Positions 7,206 through 17,356 are shown, numbered from the stretch's first letter. The stretch: 46,924 nt of DNA from Conexibacter sp. (GCA_051953595.1 JBQCIQ010000022.1:1-46924), one strand, 5' to 3'. Program-made: numbers and translations. Notes: generated by a model from the sequence alone, not told the origin.

Positions 7206-8210
7206 GTGAGACGACCGTCGCTCACGTCCATTGCGCTCTGCGCGCTCGCGGCCGCGCTCGGCGGCGGCGCGGCTGAAGCCGCGGTCGCCGCGTCGCCGGG
7301 TCCCGGGCTCCACCCGCTCTGGCGGATCCCAGCGCGCGATCTCGCCGGTGCCGACCGCGTGGCGCGCGGCGGCACCGTCGCGCTGGGCGCCTTCCGGCTG
7401 CCGCCGGGAAGCGCGCAGGGGCCGACCCGCTGGTACGCGATCCGGCTGCGCGCGGAGCTGCGGCTGACCCGCGCGCCCGGCTTCTGCATCCTCAGCGCGG
7501 CGACGGACAGGGCGACCGCCGCGCAGATCGAGCTGCGCACGGGTCCGCGCGGCGCGGCGGTGTCGAGTCTCGGCTGGATCCAGGGGCGCCGGCGGCTCGT
7601 GACGCAGACGGGGCGTGCGCGGATCGACTTCCGCAACTACCTCCAGGTGCACGGCGTGCAGGCCGGTGCGAACCCGCTCACGCTGACGCTCGAGCTGCTG
7701 CACGGCCGCTGCCTGAAGGGGATCCGCCTGCTCCCTGGATCGGGGATCGCCACGACGGCCGCGCGCCCGGACGAGCTGCGATTCCTCGTGCCGACGACCG
7801 TGCTCACGGCCACGAAGGGCCACGCGCTGACGATCCCCTACGAGCTGTCGCGACGCGGCGGCTGGCCCGACCGCGGCGCCACCGTCACGCTCACCGTTCC
7901 GCGGGGGTGGCGGCTCGATGGGCCGGGCTCCCAGCGCTTCGCGCGACTGCACGACGGCCGGCGCGGTGCGTTCCGGATCACGCCGACCACCACCGGCACG
8001 TCGTTCGTCGGGCTGCGCGCGATGCGCGTCTACAACGAGCCGAACGCGACGATCCAGGTGCAGGTCGAGCCGGCGAAGGGCTGGCTGCGCTCCCGCGGCG
8101 TCTCGCTCGTGCTGTCCGCCACGCTGATCGTCGGCGCCGCCGCGCTGACGCTCGCGAGCCGGCGGGCGAAGCAACGCGTGCGAGTCGCCCGCCGGGACCA
8201 GACGCGTTAG
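7206..8210 (+). CDS. Secreted beta-sandwich protein with a C-terminal membrane anchor
   Basis: Signal peptide, an Ig/NEW3-like segment (VTLTVPRGW), and a C-terminal TM helix followed by a basic tail. Confidence 0.7.
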   Translation: MRRPSLTSIALCALAAALGGGAAEAAVAASPGPGLHPLWRIPARDLAGADRVARGGTVALGAFRLPPGSAQGPTRWYAIRLRAELRLTRAPGFCILSAATDRATAAQIELRTGPRGAAVSSLGWIQGRRRLVTQTGRARIDFRNYLQVHGVQAGANPLTLTLELLHGRCLKGIRLLPGSGIATTAARPDELRFLVPTTVLTATKGHALTIPYELSRRGGWPDRGATVTLTVPRGWRLDGPGSQRFARLHDGRRGAFRITPTTTGTSFVGLRAMRVYNEPNATIQVQVEPAKGWLRSRGVSLVLSATLIVGAAALTLASRRAKQRVRVARRDQTR

Positions 8211-8220
8211 GGTCGCCCGC

Positions 8221-9351
8221 ATGGACGCGCGCATCGTCGTCCTCGGCGCCGGCTTCGGCGGCCTGGAGCTGAGCACGATCCTGTCGGAGGAGCTGGGCGC
8301 CGACGCGAACGTGACGTTGATCGACAAGGGCGACGCGTTCACGTTCGGCTACTCGAAGCTCGACGTGCTGTTCGGGCGCACGACGCTCGACGCGGTCCGG
8401 CTTCCCTACCGCGAGGTCGTGAAGCCGGGCGTGCGGCTGCTGCGCGAGACGGTCACGGCGATCGACCCGGACGCGCGGCGGGTCACGACCGACGCCGGCG
8501 TGCACGAGGCGGACGTCCTCGTCGTCGCGCTCGGCGCCGACTACGACTACGACGCGACGCCGGGCCTCACGCAGGAGCACGAGTTCTATTCCGTCGCGGG
8601 AGCGGCGCGGCTCGCGCCGGCCGTCGCCGAGTTCAGCGCCGGCCACGCCGTGATCGGCGTCTGCGGCGCGCCGTTCAAGTGCCCGCCGGCGCCGAGCGAG
8701 TGCGCACTGCTGCTGCACGACGAGCTGACGCGCCGCGGCGTGCGCGAGGACTGCCGCATCTCGTTCGTGATCCCGCTGCCCTCGCCGGTGCCGCCCTCGC
8801 CCGAGACCTCGGCGGCGCTCGCGGCGGCGTTCGAGGAGCGCGGCATCGAGCTGATCACCGGTCGCCGCGTCGCCGCGCTCGACACGTCGCGCAACGTCGC
8901 GCGGCTGAGCGACGACAGCGAGCTAACGTACGACCTCTTCCTCGGCGTGCCGAAGCACCGCGCGCCCGACGTCGTGCTGGAGAGCGGCATGGCGCAGGAC
9001 GGCTACGTCCCCGTCGACTCGGCGACGCTCGCGACCCGCTGGCCCGGCGTCTACGCGCTCGGCGACGTCGCGACCGTCGGCGCGCCGAAGGCGGGCGTGT
9101 TCGCCGAGGGCGCCGCGCGCGTCGCCGCGCGGCAGATCCTCGCGCAGCTGCGCGGCGATCCGCCGCCCGCGCCCTACGACGGCATCGGCACCTGCTACAT
9201 CGAGTTCGGCGACGACCGCATCGGCGCGGTGACGGTCGACTTCCTCTCCGGACCGAGACCGACCGGCGTCTTCAGCGCCCCCTCGCCCGAGCTGCGCGCC
9301 GAGAAGGAGCGCTTCGGCGCCGACCGGCGCGCGCGCTGGTTCGGCCGCTAA
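8221..9351 (+). CDS. NAD(P)/FAD-dependent oxidoreductase, sulfide:quinone oxidoreductase (SQR)-like
   Basis: GAGFGG dinucleotide motif, FKCPPAP, YALGD, PKAGVFA and a C-terminal GTCYIEFG cysteine. Confidence 0.85.
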   Translation: MDARIVVLGAGFGGLELSTILSEELGADANVTLIDKGDAFTFGYSKLDVLFGRTTLDAVRLPYREVVKPGVRLLRETVTAIDPDARRVTTDAGVHEADVLVVALGADYDYDATPGLTQEHEFYSVAGAARLAPAVAEFSAGHAVIGVCGAPFKCPPAPSECALLLHDELTRRGVREDCRISFVIPLPSPVPPSPETSAALAAAFEERGIELITGRRVAALDTSRNVARLSDDSELTYDLFLGVPKHRAPDVVLESGMAQDGYVPVDSATLATRWPGVYALGDVATVGAPKAGVFAEGAARVAARQILAQLRGDPPPAPYDGIGTCYIEFGDDRIGAVTVDFLSGPRPTGVFSAPSPELRAEKERFGADRRARWFGR

Positions 9352-10010
9352 GCCCGTCGCCCGCGGAAGATCGCCAGCCCGCGCTCGGGGGCGATCTCGA
9401 GCTCGGCGATGCCGACGTCCTCCAGCATCGCGCGCAGCTCGCCCGCGGCGAGGAGCGGGCCGTTGTGGCCGGCGCGCACGCCGTGCCCGAGCAGCAGCCG
9501 CTGGCGGCGGCTGCCGGCGGCGACGAACGTCGCGCCCAGCAGCTCGCCGCCGGGCTTGAGGCAGCGCGCCAGCTCGGCGATCGCCGCCCGCGGCTCGGCC
9601 ACCATGTGCAAGCCGCTGTAGGCGAGGCAGACGTCGGCGCACGCGTCCGGCAGCGGCAGCGCGCGCATGTCGGCCTCGATCAGCTCAAGCGAGCCGTCGT
9701 GCGCGGTCAGGCCGTGCTCGCGCGCGCGGCGCTCGAAGCGCGCGAGCATCTGCGGCTCGATGTCGACCGCGATCCAGCGCACGCGCTGCCCGGCGCGCAG
9801 CGCTCGCAGCGCGACGCCGCCGCCGCACGGGACGTCGAGCACAGTCGCGCCGTCCGGCAGCTCGGCGAGCGCCGCCATGCTGCGGTAGAGCGGCGCGATG
9901 TCGATCCCCCACGCCGCCCGACCGACGAGCTGTGCGAGCCAGGGCCGCTCGATGTAGACGTCGTAGAAGACGCCGAACGGCCCTGCGCAGATGTTCGTGA
10001 CCTCCGCCAC
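9348..10010 (-). CDS. Class I SAM-dependent methyltransferase
   Basis: Motifs VLDVPCGGG, ADMRALP and RCLKPGG. Confidence 0.88.
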   Translation of the reverse strand: MAEVTNICAGPFGVFYDVYIERPWLAQLVGRAAWGIDIAPLYRSMAALAELPDGATVLDVPCGGGVALRALRAGQRVRWIAVDIEPQMLARFERRAREHGLTAHDGSLELIEADMRALPLPDACADVCLAYSGLHMVAEPRAAIAELARCLKPGGELLGATFVAAGSRRQRLLLGHGVRAGHNGPLLAAGELRAMLEDVGIAELEIAPERGLAIFRGRRA

Positions 10011-10304
10011 CTACATCCGGATGTCGGCCGCCACTTCGTAGGTCTCGACGAACACGCGGTTGCCCATCGACACCGGCGGGCTCATCTGCTCCAGCGTCTC
10101 GTGGCCGGTTCTCAGGTCGTCCATCGTCTCGAACAGGCCGATCGCGAGCACGCGCCCGGCGTCCGGGTCGGCGAGGAACGTGAAGCCGGTCGAGGGAACG
10201 CCCTCCGGCGGCCCGCTCTGCGAGTCCTGCTGGATCCGCGCGATCGACTCGCGGATCGCATCCGCCGAGCCGCCCTCCCACTTCACCACGCGTGCATACG
10301 CCAT
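10011..10304 (-). CDS. Small hypothetical protein (dimeric alpha/beta-barrel/ABM-like)
   Basis: RBS AGGAGG. Pattern YARV...[16 protein letters not shown]...ETYEV. Confidence 0.75.
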   Translation of the reverse strand: MAYARVVKWEGGSADAIRESIARIQQDSQSGPPEGVPSTGFTFLADPDAGRVLAIGLFETMDDLRTGHETLEQMSPPVSMGNRVFVETYEVAADIRM

Positions 10305-10331
10305 CGTCGCCTCCTGGAATCGGGTGCGCCG

Positions 10332-10360
10332 AACCTACGCCCGGTGTGCGGCCGGGTCAA
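10332..10360 (-). promoter_or_regulatory. Putative primary-sigma promoter
   Basis: The minus strand reads TTGACC-N17-TAGGTT upstream of 10304. Confidence 0.6.
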
Positions 10361-10371
10361 TGACGCAGCGA

Positions 10372-10737
10372 TTACGAACGCGGCGCGTAGCGGTGGTGGA
10401 GCATCAGGTCGTTGCCGTCCGGGTCGGTGAAGAACGCCATGTGGCAGACGCCGGTGTCCATGATGTCGCCGAAGAACTCGACCCCCTGCGCCTCCAATTC
10501 CGCCCGCGCGGCGGCGACGTCGTCGACGTGCAGCGCCAGGTGGCCGTTCTTCTGCGCGTTGAACGGCATGCCGAGCTTCTCCGGCTCCCAGATGCCGAGG
10601 CAGGTGTCCCCCGCCCAGAACTCGTACTGCGCGTGGGCGTCGGGTCTCAGGCCCAGCGTCTCGCCGTAGAACCTGCGCGAGCGCTCGCCGTCGCGCGAGG
10701 GGACCGCGACGAAGTCGAGCTTGGAGATCGTGGGCAC
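10372..10737 (-). CDS. VOC/glyoxalase family protein
   Basis: Motifs [18 protein letters not shown] and [17 protein letters not shown]. Confidence 0.9.
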   Translation of the reverse strand: MPTISKLDFVAVPSRDGERSRRFYGETLGLRPDAHAQYEFWAGDTCLGIWEPEKLGMPFNAQKNGHLALHVDDVAAARAELEAQGVEFFGDIMDTGVCHMAFFTDPDGNDLMLHHRYAPRS

Positions 10738-10809
10738 GGGAACCTCCTGGTCGGTGGCGGGGCACTTGTACTAGAACAGAGTCGGACCGCGAACGGAATG
10801 GGAGACGCC

Positions 10810-11790
<981 letters not shown>

Positions 11791-11794
11791 GCGG

Positions 11795-11843
11795 GATCAC
11801 TGCACCTTTCGCCTCGCATAGCGAGGTCAAAGGTGCAGTGATC
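11795..11843. terminator. Long inverted repeat between convergent genes (bidirectional terminator or REP-like)
   Basis: GATCACTGCACCTTT-cg-CCTCGC-ata-GCGAGG-tc-AAAGGTGCAGTGATC. Confidence 0.7.
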
Positions 11844-13971
11844 AGCGCGGCAGCGCGATCCGCAGCGCGAGCGTGCGCGGCGGCGTGCCCGGGCCGCCGG
11901 CGGCGACGTGGACGCTTGCGACGCCGCCGCGCCGGTGCGGGAGGCGCAGGTCGCCCCCGCCGGCGCGGGCGCGGCTGAGGCCGGGCGCGGTGCAGGCGCT
12001 GCTGCACGCGAGCGTGACAGGGAGTCCGCGGCGCCCGAGCATCCGCAGCGCGCCGGAGCGGACGAGCGTGACCGTGCGTCTGACGACGACGGTCCTCCCG
12101 GCTCCGCGAGCACGGAGCGCGAGCGTCAGCGTCGCACGGACCGACGTGCGCGCGGCGAGCACGGCCGCGCCCATGCCGGTCGGACGCAGCCGCAGCGCGA
12201 AGCGCCCGGCACGCGTGCGTCTGACCTCGGCGCGCGCGAGCGGGCCGCGAACGCCGCGCGCGTCGAGCCGTGCGCTCACGCGGCAGCGGTCCTCGCACGC
12301 GGCGGCGACCGGCAGGCCGCCGCGCAGCGCGGCGTCGATGGCGTCGAGCCGCGGCGCCAACGCGCGCACGAGCGAGACGACGGTCCAGCGGACGCGGGTC
12401 GGCACCGCCTGCGGGTTGCCGGCCGCGTCGCGGGCGCGCACGGCGAAGGAATGCGGCCCAAGCCGCAGGTGGCGCAGCGTCAGCGGCGAGGCGCACGGCT
12501 GCGACGGCCGCCCGTCGACCGCGCAGGTGAAGCCGACGCCCGGCTCGGAGGCCGCGAACGCGATCGCCTGCGTGTGCGCGCCGCTCACCGGACCGGGCCC
12601 TTCGACGATCGCCGTCGTCGGCGCGACCGTGTCGATCGTGAAGACGACGTCCTCGCTGATGCCGGTCGTCCCCGGGTTCCCGCCCTGCGTCGCGCGGGCG
12701 GTGTAGACGCCGTCCGGCAGCGGCGCCGCCGTCGCCGACCACGCGTTCGCCGCGACCGGCGCGGTGAGCGTCTGCGCCGGCGCGCTGCTCTCCGTCTCGC
12801 CAAAGCCCGGGAAGACGCTCAGCGCGACGTTCGGATCCGTCTGCACCGTCATCGCGGCGCGGCCGGCGAACGTCGGCGTCGCGGTGCGCAGCGCCGCGCC
12901 CTGCGCCGGCGCGTCGATCGTCACGGCCGGCGGCAGCGCGGCGACCGGTGCGATCAAGGGTCCACGCGCGGCGATCACGTCGTAGGCCGCGCGTCGGCGG
13001 CCGGCCGCGTCGTAGCCGGGCGACTGCCCGTCGAGCGGCGCCGGCGCGACGAGCCCGCGGTCCTGCACCGCGCAGCCGGCCGGCGTCGCGCAGCGGTTGG
13101 ACCAGTTGTAGTAGTAGATCGCCGCGATGCGGGGGTCGAGCGTCGCGAGGCCGAGCAGCAGCGACGTCGCGTCGCGCTGCGAGGCGTCGCCCCACACGAG
13201 GCCGCTCGCGTCGCGCCAGCGCGCGCCGACCTCGTCGATCCAGACCGGCGCGCTCGCCCACGCTCCCTGCAGCTTCGAGAGGTAGTAGCGCGTGACCGGC
13301 GCGTCGCTCGCGCCGACGACCTGGAAGCGGTTCACGTCGGTGTAGGCGTGGAACGACCATACGTCCGGCACCTCGCCGGCCGCCGCCAGCTCCGCCTGAT
13401 AGGCGTCGACGTACGCGTCGTCGCCGGGGATCCCCGCGAACTCGCCCGCGACGAGCGTGCACGCGCTCGGGCAGACTTGCTTCGCGCGCAGCCAGTAGTC
13501 GGCCGCCAGCTGCGGCTGGCTGCCGAGCGGGTAGCTCGACGCGTCGCGGTTGTTCGGCTCGTTCCACGGCGCGATCGTCGTCACCTGCGGGTATCTGGCG
13601 CGGAAGGCCGCGAAGGCGGCGGCGAACTGGTCGGCGCTCGGAGCGATCGGGTCGCCGGTGTCAGGCGCGCGCACGTCCTGGCTCGCAGCGAACGCGACGA
13701 GCGGCGTCACGCCCGCTCTCTCGGCCTCGTCGAGATAGGACTCGAAGTCGGCGCGGCGCTGCGCGCCGGCGGTCCCGCTCGTCGTCGCGACGTCGTAGGG
13801 CACGACGATGCGGACGCGTCTGACGGCGAGCCCGGACCACGACGGGTCGGTCAGCGTGGCGGAGTCCGAGTCGGAGATCCCCAGCTCGACCGCATGCGCG
13901 GCCGGCGCGGCGGCGAGCAGCGCGAGGAGGAGCGCGCCGAGCACGGCCAGGCGACGGTGCCACGTACCCAC
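11842..13971 (-). CDS. Secreted clan GH-A glycoside hydrolase with Ig-like domains
   Basis: Signal peptide (AHA cleavage site), acid/base WNEPN, nucleophile WIDEVG, and Ig-like repeats (FTIDTVAP, VRARDAAGN). Confidence 0.8.
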   Translation of the reverse strand: MGTWHRRLAVLGALLLALLAAAPAAHAVELGISDSDSATLTDPSWSGLAVRRVRIVVPYDVATTSGTAGAQRRADFESYLDEAERAGVTPLVAFAASQDVRAPDTGDPIAPSADQFAAAFAAFRARYPQVTTIAPWNEPNNRDASSYPLGSQPQLAADYWLRAKQVCPSACTLVAGEFAGIPGDDAYVDAYQAELAAAGEVPDVWSFHAYTDVNRFQVVGASDAPVTRYYLSKLQGAWASAPVWIDEVGARWRDASGLVWGDASQRDATSLLLGLATLDPRIAAIYYYNWSNRCATPAGCAVQDRGLVAPAPLDGQSPGYDAAGRRRAAYDVIAARGPLIAPVAALPPAVTIDAPAQGAALRTATPTFAGRAAMTVQTDPNVALSVFPGFGETESSAPAQTLTAPVAANAWSATAAPLPDGVYTARATQGGNPGTTGISEDVVFTIDTVAPTTAIVEGPGPVSGAHTQAIAFAASEPGVGFTCAVDGRPSQPCASPLTLRHLRLGPHSFAVRARDAAGNPQAVPTRVRWTVVSLVRALAPRLDAIDAALRGGLPVAAACEDRCRVSARLDARGVRGPLARAEVRRTRAGRFALRLRPTGMGAAVLAARTSVRATLTLALRARGAGRTVVVRRTVTLVRSGALRMLGRRGLPVTLACSSACTAPGLSRARAGGGDLRLPHRRGGVASVHVAAGGPGTPPRTLALRIALPR

Positions 13972-14009
13972 GTCAACCGACAACACGGGGCCGCGGCGAA
14001 GTTGCGCTG

Positions 14010-14378
14010 TCAGACCTCGACGCCGCGATCGGCGAGCCACGCCAGGACCGACGCCGGCGGGTCGCCTCTCCACTCCGCACGCGCCGCCAGCCGCAGCACG
14101 TCCTCGTCGTCGCCGTCGAGCATGTCGCGGCGGTGCGCGAGGTAGAGGACGGTCGCGATCGTCATCGAGACGGCCGGATCCTCGACCTCCGGATCGGTGT
14201 CGGTGGCGGCGTCGGCGAGCAGCGACTCAAGGTCCTCGACCGCCGTCACCGGCTGGTCGGCGTCCTCGAAGCGCACGAGCAGGTCCCCGAGCACGGCGTC
14301 CTCGCCGGACGGGTCGCACGCCTCCACGGCGCGGCGGACGACCTCGGCGAGCGACGTCGGCTGCGGCTCGGTTCCCAT
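14010..14378 (-). CDS. Hypothetical protein (probably leaderless)
   Basis: Protein-like composition from ATG 14378, with a promoter 10 nt upstream. Confidence 0.65.
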   Translation of the reverse strand: MGTEPQPTSLAEVVRRAVEACDPSGEDAVLGDLLVRFEDADQPVTAVEDLESLLADAATDTDPEVEDPAVSMTIATVLYLAHRRDMLDGDDEDVLRLAARAEWRGDPPASVLAWLADRGVEV

Positions 14379-14388
14379 GACCGCCCCG

Positions 14389-14413
14389 ATACCCCGGCGA
14401 CGCAAGCGCACAC
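14389..14413 (-). promoter_or_regulatory. Putative SigB/SigF-type promoter
   Basis: The minus strand reads GTGT-N15-GGGTAT. Confidence 0.55.
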
Positions 14414-14429
14414 GCGGGGATGTGCCGGC

Positions 14430-15752
14430 TCAGACGTCGTCGACGCGCCGCGCGAGCGCACGCGTCGGCACGAGGCTCAGCAGCACCGTCGCGCTGCACA
14501 CGAGCCACATCGCCGCGTAGCCCTCGGTGGAGGAGAACGGATCGGCCAACAGCTCGATCGCGAGACCGGCGAGCAGCGGGCCGAGCGCCGCGCCGACCCC
14601 GCGGCTGACGCTGTAGAAGCCGGTCAGTGCCCCGTGGCGCCCCTCCGGCATCAGCGGCTGCAGGATCGCGTACGGGAGCGTCATCACGAGCCCGCCGGCG
14701 AAGCCGACGACGAGCATCGTCGGGACCATCGCGAGCGGCGCCTGCGTGAAGGCTGGCACGAGCAGCCCGAGCCCGTACACCGGCAGCACGAGCAGCATCA
14801 CGCGCAGCCGCCCGAGGCGGTCGCCGAGCGTGCCGCTGATCGGCGCCCCGATCAGCGCGACGAGCGCGACGCCGCCGATGATGCCGGCCGCCTCCGCCTT
14901 GCGCAGGCCGACGCCGACCACGACGAACAGGAAGACGAACGTCTTCAGCGCCGACAGCGACGCCTCCCACAGCGCGTTCGCCAGCAGGTAGTCGCGCAGC
15001 TCCGGGCGCTCGCGCAGCAGGTCCAGCAGCTCGCGCGGACCCGCCGGCTCGGACGGCTGCTGAGCCTCGCCGCGCCGCTCGCGCTCGCGCCGGCGCCGCG
15101 CGGCCACGACCACGTAGACGACCATCGTCACCGCCGTCACGGCGGCCGCGACGAGGAACGGCAGCGCCTGTCCGAGCGCCAGCAGCAGGCCGCCGCCGAC
15201 GAGCGCGAGCCCGGTGCCGGCGCCGCGGAAGATCGCCTGCGAGGACTGCGCGCGCCCGGCGACCTCGTCGTCGAGCAGGTCGGGGTAGAGCGCGCGGTAG
15301 GGCTCGTAGGCGACGAAGTAGGCGAAGAAGAACAGCGCCGCCGAGCAGCCGAGCACGACCGGCCCGGCGACCACGCCGACGAGCACGAGCGCGACGACGA
15401 CGAGCGGCGTCGCGGCGACGAGGAACGGCAGCCGCCCGCCGAGCGGCGTGCGCAGGTGGTCCGACCACGCGCCGACGACGAGCGGGACCCACAGCGCCAT
15501 CACGCCCTCCAGGCCGATCAGGCCGCCGATCACCGTCGTCGAGCCGAGCTGATCGCGTGCGACGACCGGCAGGTACGTCGTGACGACCGTGATCGCGAGC
15601 GCCAGCGCCGCCGTCGGCAGGCCGAGCAGCGCGAGCGTGCGCTTCTCCTCCGGCCGCAGCGCGCGCTGGCTGACGCTGTCGCCCTGCCGACCGACGGGAC
15701 CCGACCGCCCCGCGGGGCGGTCGGCGTCAGCTCGCGACGCCTTCGCGCTCAC
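14430..15752 (-). CDS. MFS transporter (GPH/sucrose-maltose-like)
   Basis: About 12 TM segments. Motifs GAWSDHLRTPLGGRLPF, PYRALYPDL and GTLGDRLGR. Confidence 0.88.
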   Translation of the reverse strand: MSAKASRADADRPAGRSGPVGRQGDSVSQRALRPEEKRTLALLGLPTAALALAITVVTTYLPVVARDQLGSTTVIGGLIGLEGVMALWVPLVVGAWSDHLRTPLGGRLPFLVAATPLVVVALVLVGVVAGPVVLGCSAALFFFAYFVAYEPYRALYPDLLDDEVAGRAQSSQAIFRGAGTGLALVGGGLLLALGQALPFLVAAAVTAVTMVVYVVVAARRRRERERRGEAQQPSEPAGPRELLDLLRERPELRDYLLANALWEASLSALKTFVFLFVVVGVGLRKAEAAGIIGGVALVALIGAPISGTLGDRLGRLRVMLLVLPVYGLGLLVPAFTQAPLAMVPTMLVVGFAGGLVMTLPYAILQPLMPEGRHGALTGFYSVSRGVGAALGPLLAGLAIELLADPFSSTEGYAAMWLVCSATVLLSLVPTRALARRVDDV

Positions 15753-16620
15753 GCTCCTGCTCGCGGCGCTCGACCGCCTCGAGGATCCCGCGGCGGCGCT
15801 TGTGCGCGCGCTCGTACGTCGCGACGTGGCGCAGCTGCGCGGGGGTGAGCCTGCCGAGCCGTCTCGTGACGTCCTCGACCGTCAGCTCGTCGTATCTCGG
15901 CAGCGGCTGGCGCTGCTCCTCGCGCTGCTGCGTTCTGCTCGCCCCGACGGCCTCGCCGACCGCGTCGGCCGCACCCTGCGCCGCCTCGCCGACCGCCCGC
16001 CTCGCCGACGCGGTCGCGTCCTGCGCGGCCTCGCCGGCGGCGCGGCGCGTCTCGCGCAGCGCCTGCGCGGCGCCGGTCGTGCGCACGTCGTAGCTCGGTT
16101 CGTCGCGCAGCTCGGCGCCGGTGACGGCGGCGGTGAGTCTCGGGAGCTGCGCGCGCAAGGTCTTCAGCATCGCCTCCTCGTCGGCGCGCAGCTCGGCGGC
16201 GAGCGCGGCGGTGTCTGCGTCGCCGACCTGGCGCGCAAGCGCCTCGAGCGCGTCGTAGGTGGCGATCTCAAGCGCCTCGGTGGCGCACTCGTCCTTCGCG
16301 TTCTTGAGCAGCTTCTCCTCGCCGCCGCTGCCGCGGACCATGTCGAGCGGCGCCTTCGCGAGCGCGAACGCCTGGCCGGCGACGCGCTGGGCGATCCCGT
16401 AGGCGGTCTCGGCGATGCCGGGCGAGCGGCCGAGCTCGCGCAGCCGCCGCGCGACGGCGTCGGCGTGGCGCTGCGTGTCGCGGCGATGCCTGTCGAGCGC
16501 GCTGCGGTACTCCCCCGCGGGCGTCATCGCGCTGTGCGCCTGGAGCGTGCGCGCGAGCGCCAGCTCCATCGCGTGCGCCTCGTGCAGATACTGGGCGATC
16601 TTGTCTTGGGCGGTCGTCAT
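15727..16620 (-). CDS. Ferritin-like DUF892/YciE-type protein with an extra C-terminal helical domain
   Basis: Motifs YLHEAHAME, HRRDTQRH, EALEIATY and DEEAM. RBS AGGAGG. Confidence 0.85.
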   Translation of the reverse strand: MTTAQDKIAQYLHEAHAMELALARTLQAHSAMTPAGEYRSALDRHRRDTQRHADAVARRLRELGRSPGIAETAYGIAQRVAGQAFALAKAPLDMVRGSGGEEKLLKNAKDECATEALEIATYDALEALARQVGDADTAALAAELRADEEAMLKTLRAQLPRLTAAVTGAELRDEPSYDVRTTGAAQALRETRRAAGEAAQDATASARRAVGEAAQGAADAVGEAVGASRTQQREEQRQPLPRYDELTVEDVTRRLGRLTPAQLRHVATYERAHKRRRGILEAVERREQEREREGVAS

Positions 16621-16667
16621 CAAGGCCCTCCTGGACTGGCCGGTCGCGTCGGGTGCAGATCTCCAGG

Positions 16668-16692
16668 GTTCCCAGGGTCGAGGCCGACAAAC
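16668..16692 (-). promoter_or_regulatory. SigB/SigF-type promoter
   Basis: The minus strand reads GTTT-N15-GGGAAC upstream of ATG 16620. Confidence 0.7.
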
Positions 16693-16741
16693 ACGATGGC
16701 GGTCCGTTGACACGGCGCCCAATAAACCTAAATCTGGTGTT

Positions 16742-17356
16742 ATGGCTCTGACCGTGCCGCCCTCGCGCCGCCGAACGAGATCTTCGACGGTCGAGCTGCA
16801 GCGGGCGCTGCGGCTGCTCGGCTGGCCGATCAGAGTTGACGGCGCAGCCGGCCCACAGACGACGCTCGCCGTGCGCGACTTCCAACGCGGCTACGCCTTC
16901 GCGACGCTCGTCGCCGGCGGCGGCGTCGGGCCGCGCACCGTCGCGGCGCTGCGCACGTCGATCCGGCACGGCGGCCGCTGCTCGCAGCACTTCACCTTCC
17001 GCAGCTTCCGCTCGCCGGGCGACGGCTGGATCAAGCTCGACCGCGCACTCGCAAGAGGGCTCGAGGTCTGCTGCGAGGCGGTCGGCGAGCCGGTCCTGAT
17101 CCTCGGCGGGTACCGCGACCCGGCGTGGAACGCCGCCCACGGCGGCCTCCCCGACTCACACCACCTGCACGGCACCGCGGCCGACGTCGCGCCGGCGCTG
17201 ACGCTCGACGACGTGCGCGCGCTGCGCGTCTTCTCGGGGATCGGCTACGACCCCGACAGCGGCCTCGTCCGCCACGTCGACGTCCGCCACTGCGGCCCGG
17301 ACGCCGGCGGCGCAAGCGTCGCGCGGCCGGCGGTGTGGGAGGTACGCGGCGAGTAG
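16742..17356 (+). CDS. Peptidoglycan-binding domain + peptidase M15 (D-Ala-D-Ala Zn-peptidase-like)
   Basis: PG-binding segment LQRALRLLG..VDGAAGPQTTLAVRDFQ. M15 motifs GYRDP..N..HGG..SHHLHGTAAD and HVD. TTGACA at 16707. Confidence 0.8.
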   Translation: MALTVPPSRRRTRSSTVELQRALRLLGWPIRVDGAAGPQTTLAVRDFQRGYAFATLVAGGGVGPRTVAALRTSIRHGGRCSQHFTFRSFRSPGDGWIKLDRALARGLEVCCEAVGEPVLILGGYRDPAWNAAHGGLPDSHHLHGTAADVAPALTLDDVRALRVFSGIGYDPDSGLVRHVDVRHCGPDAGGASVARPAVWEVRGE

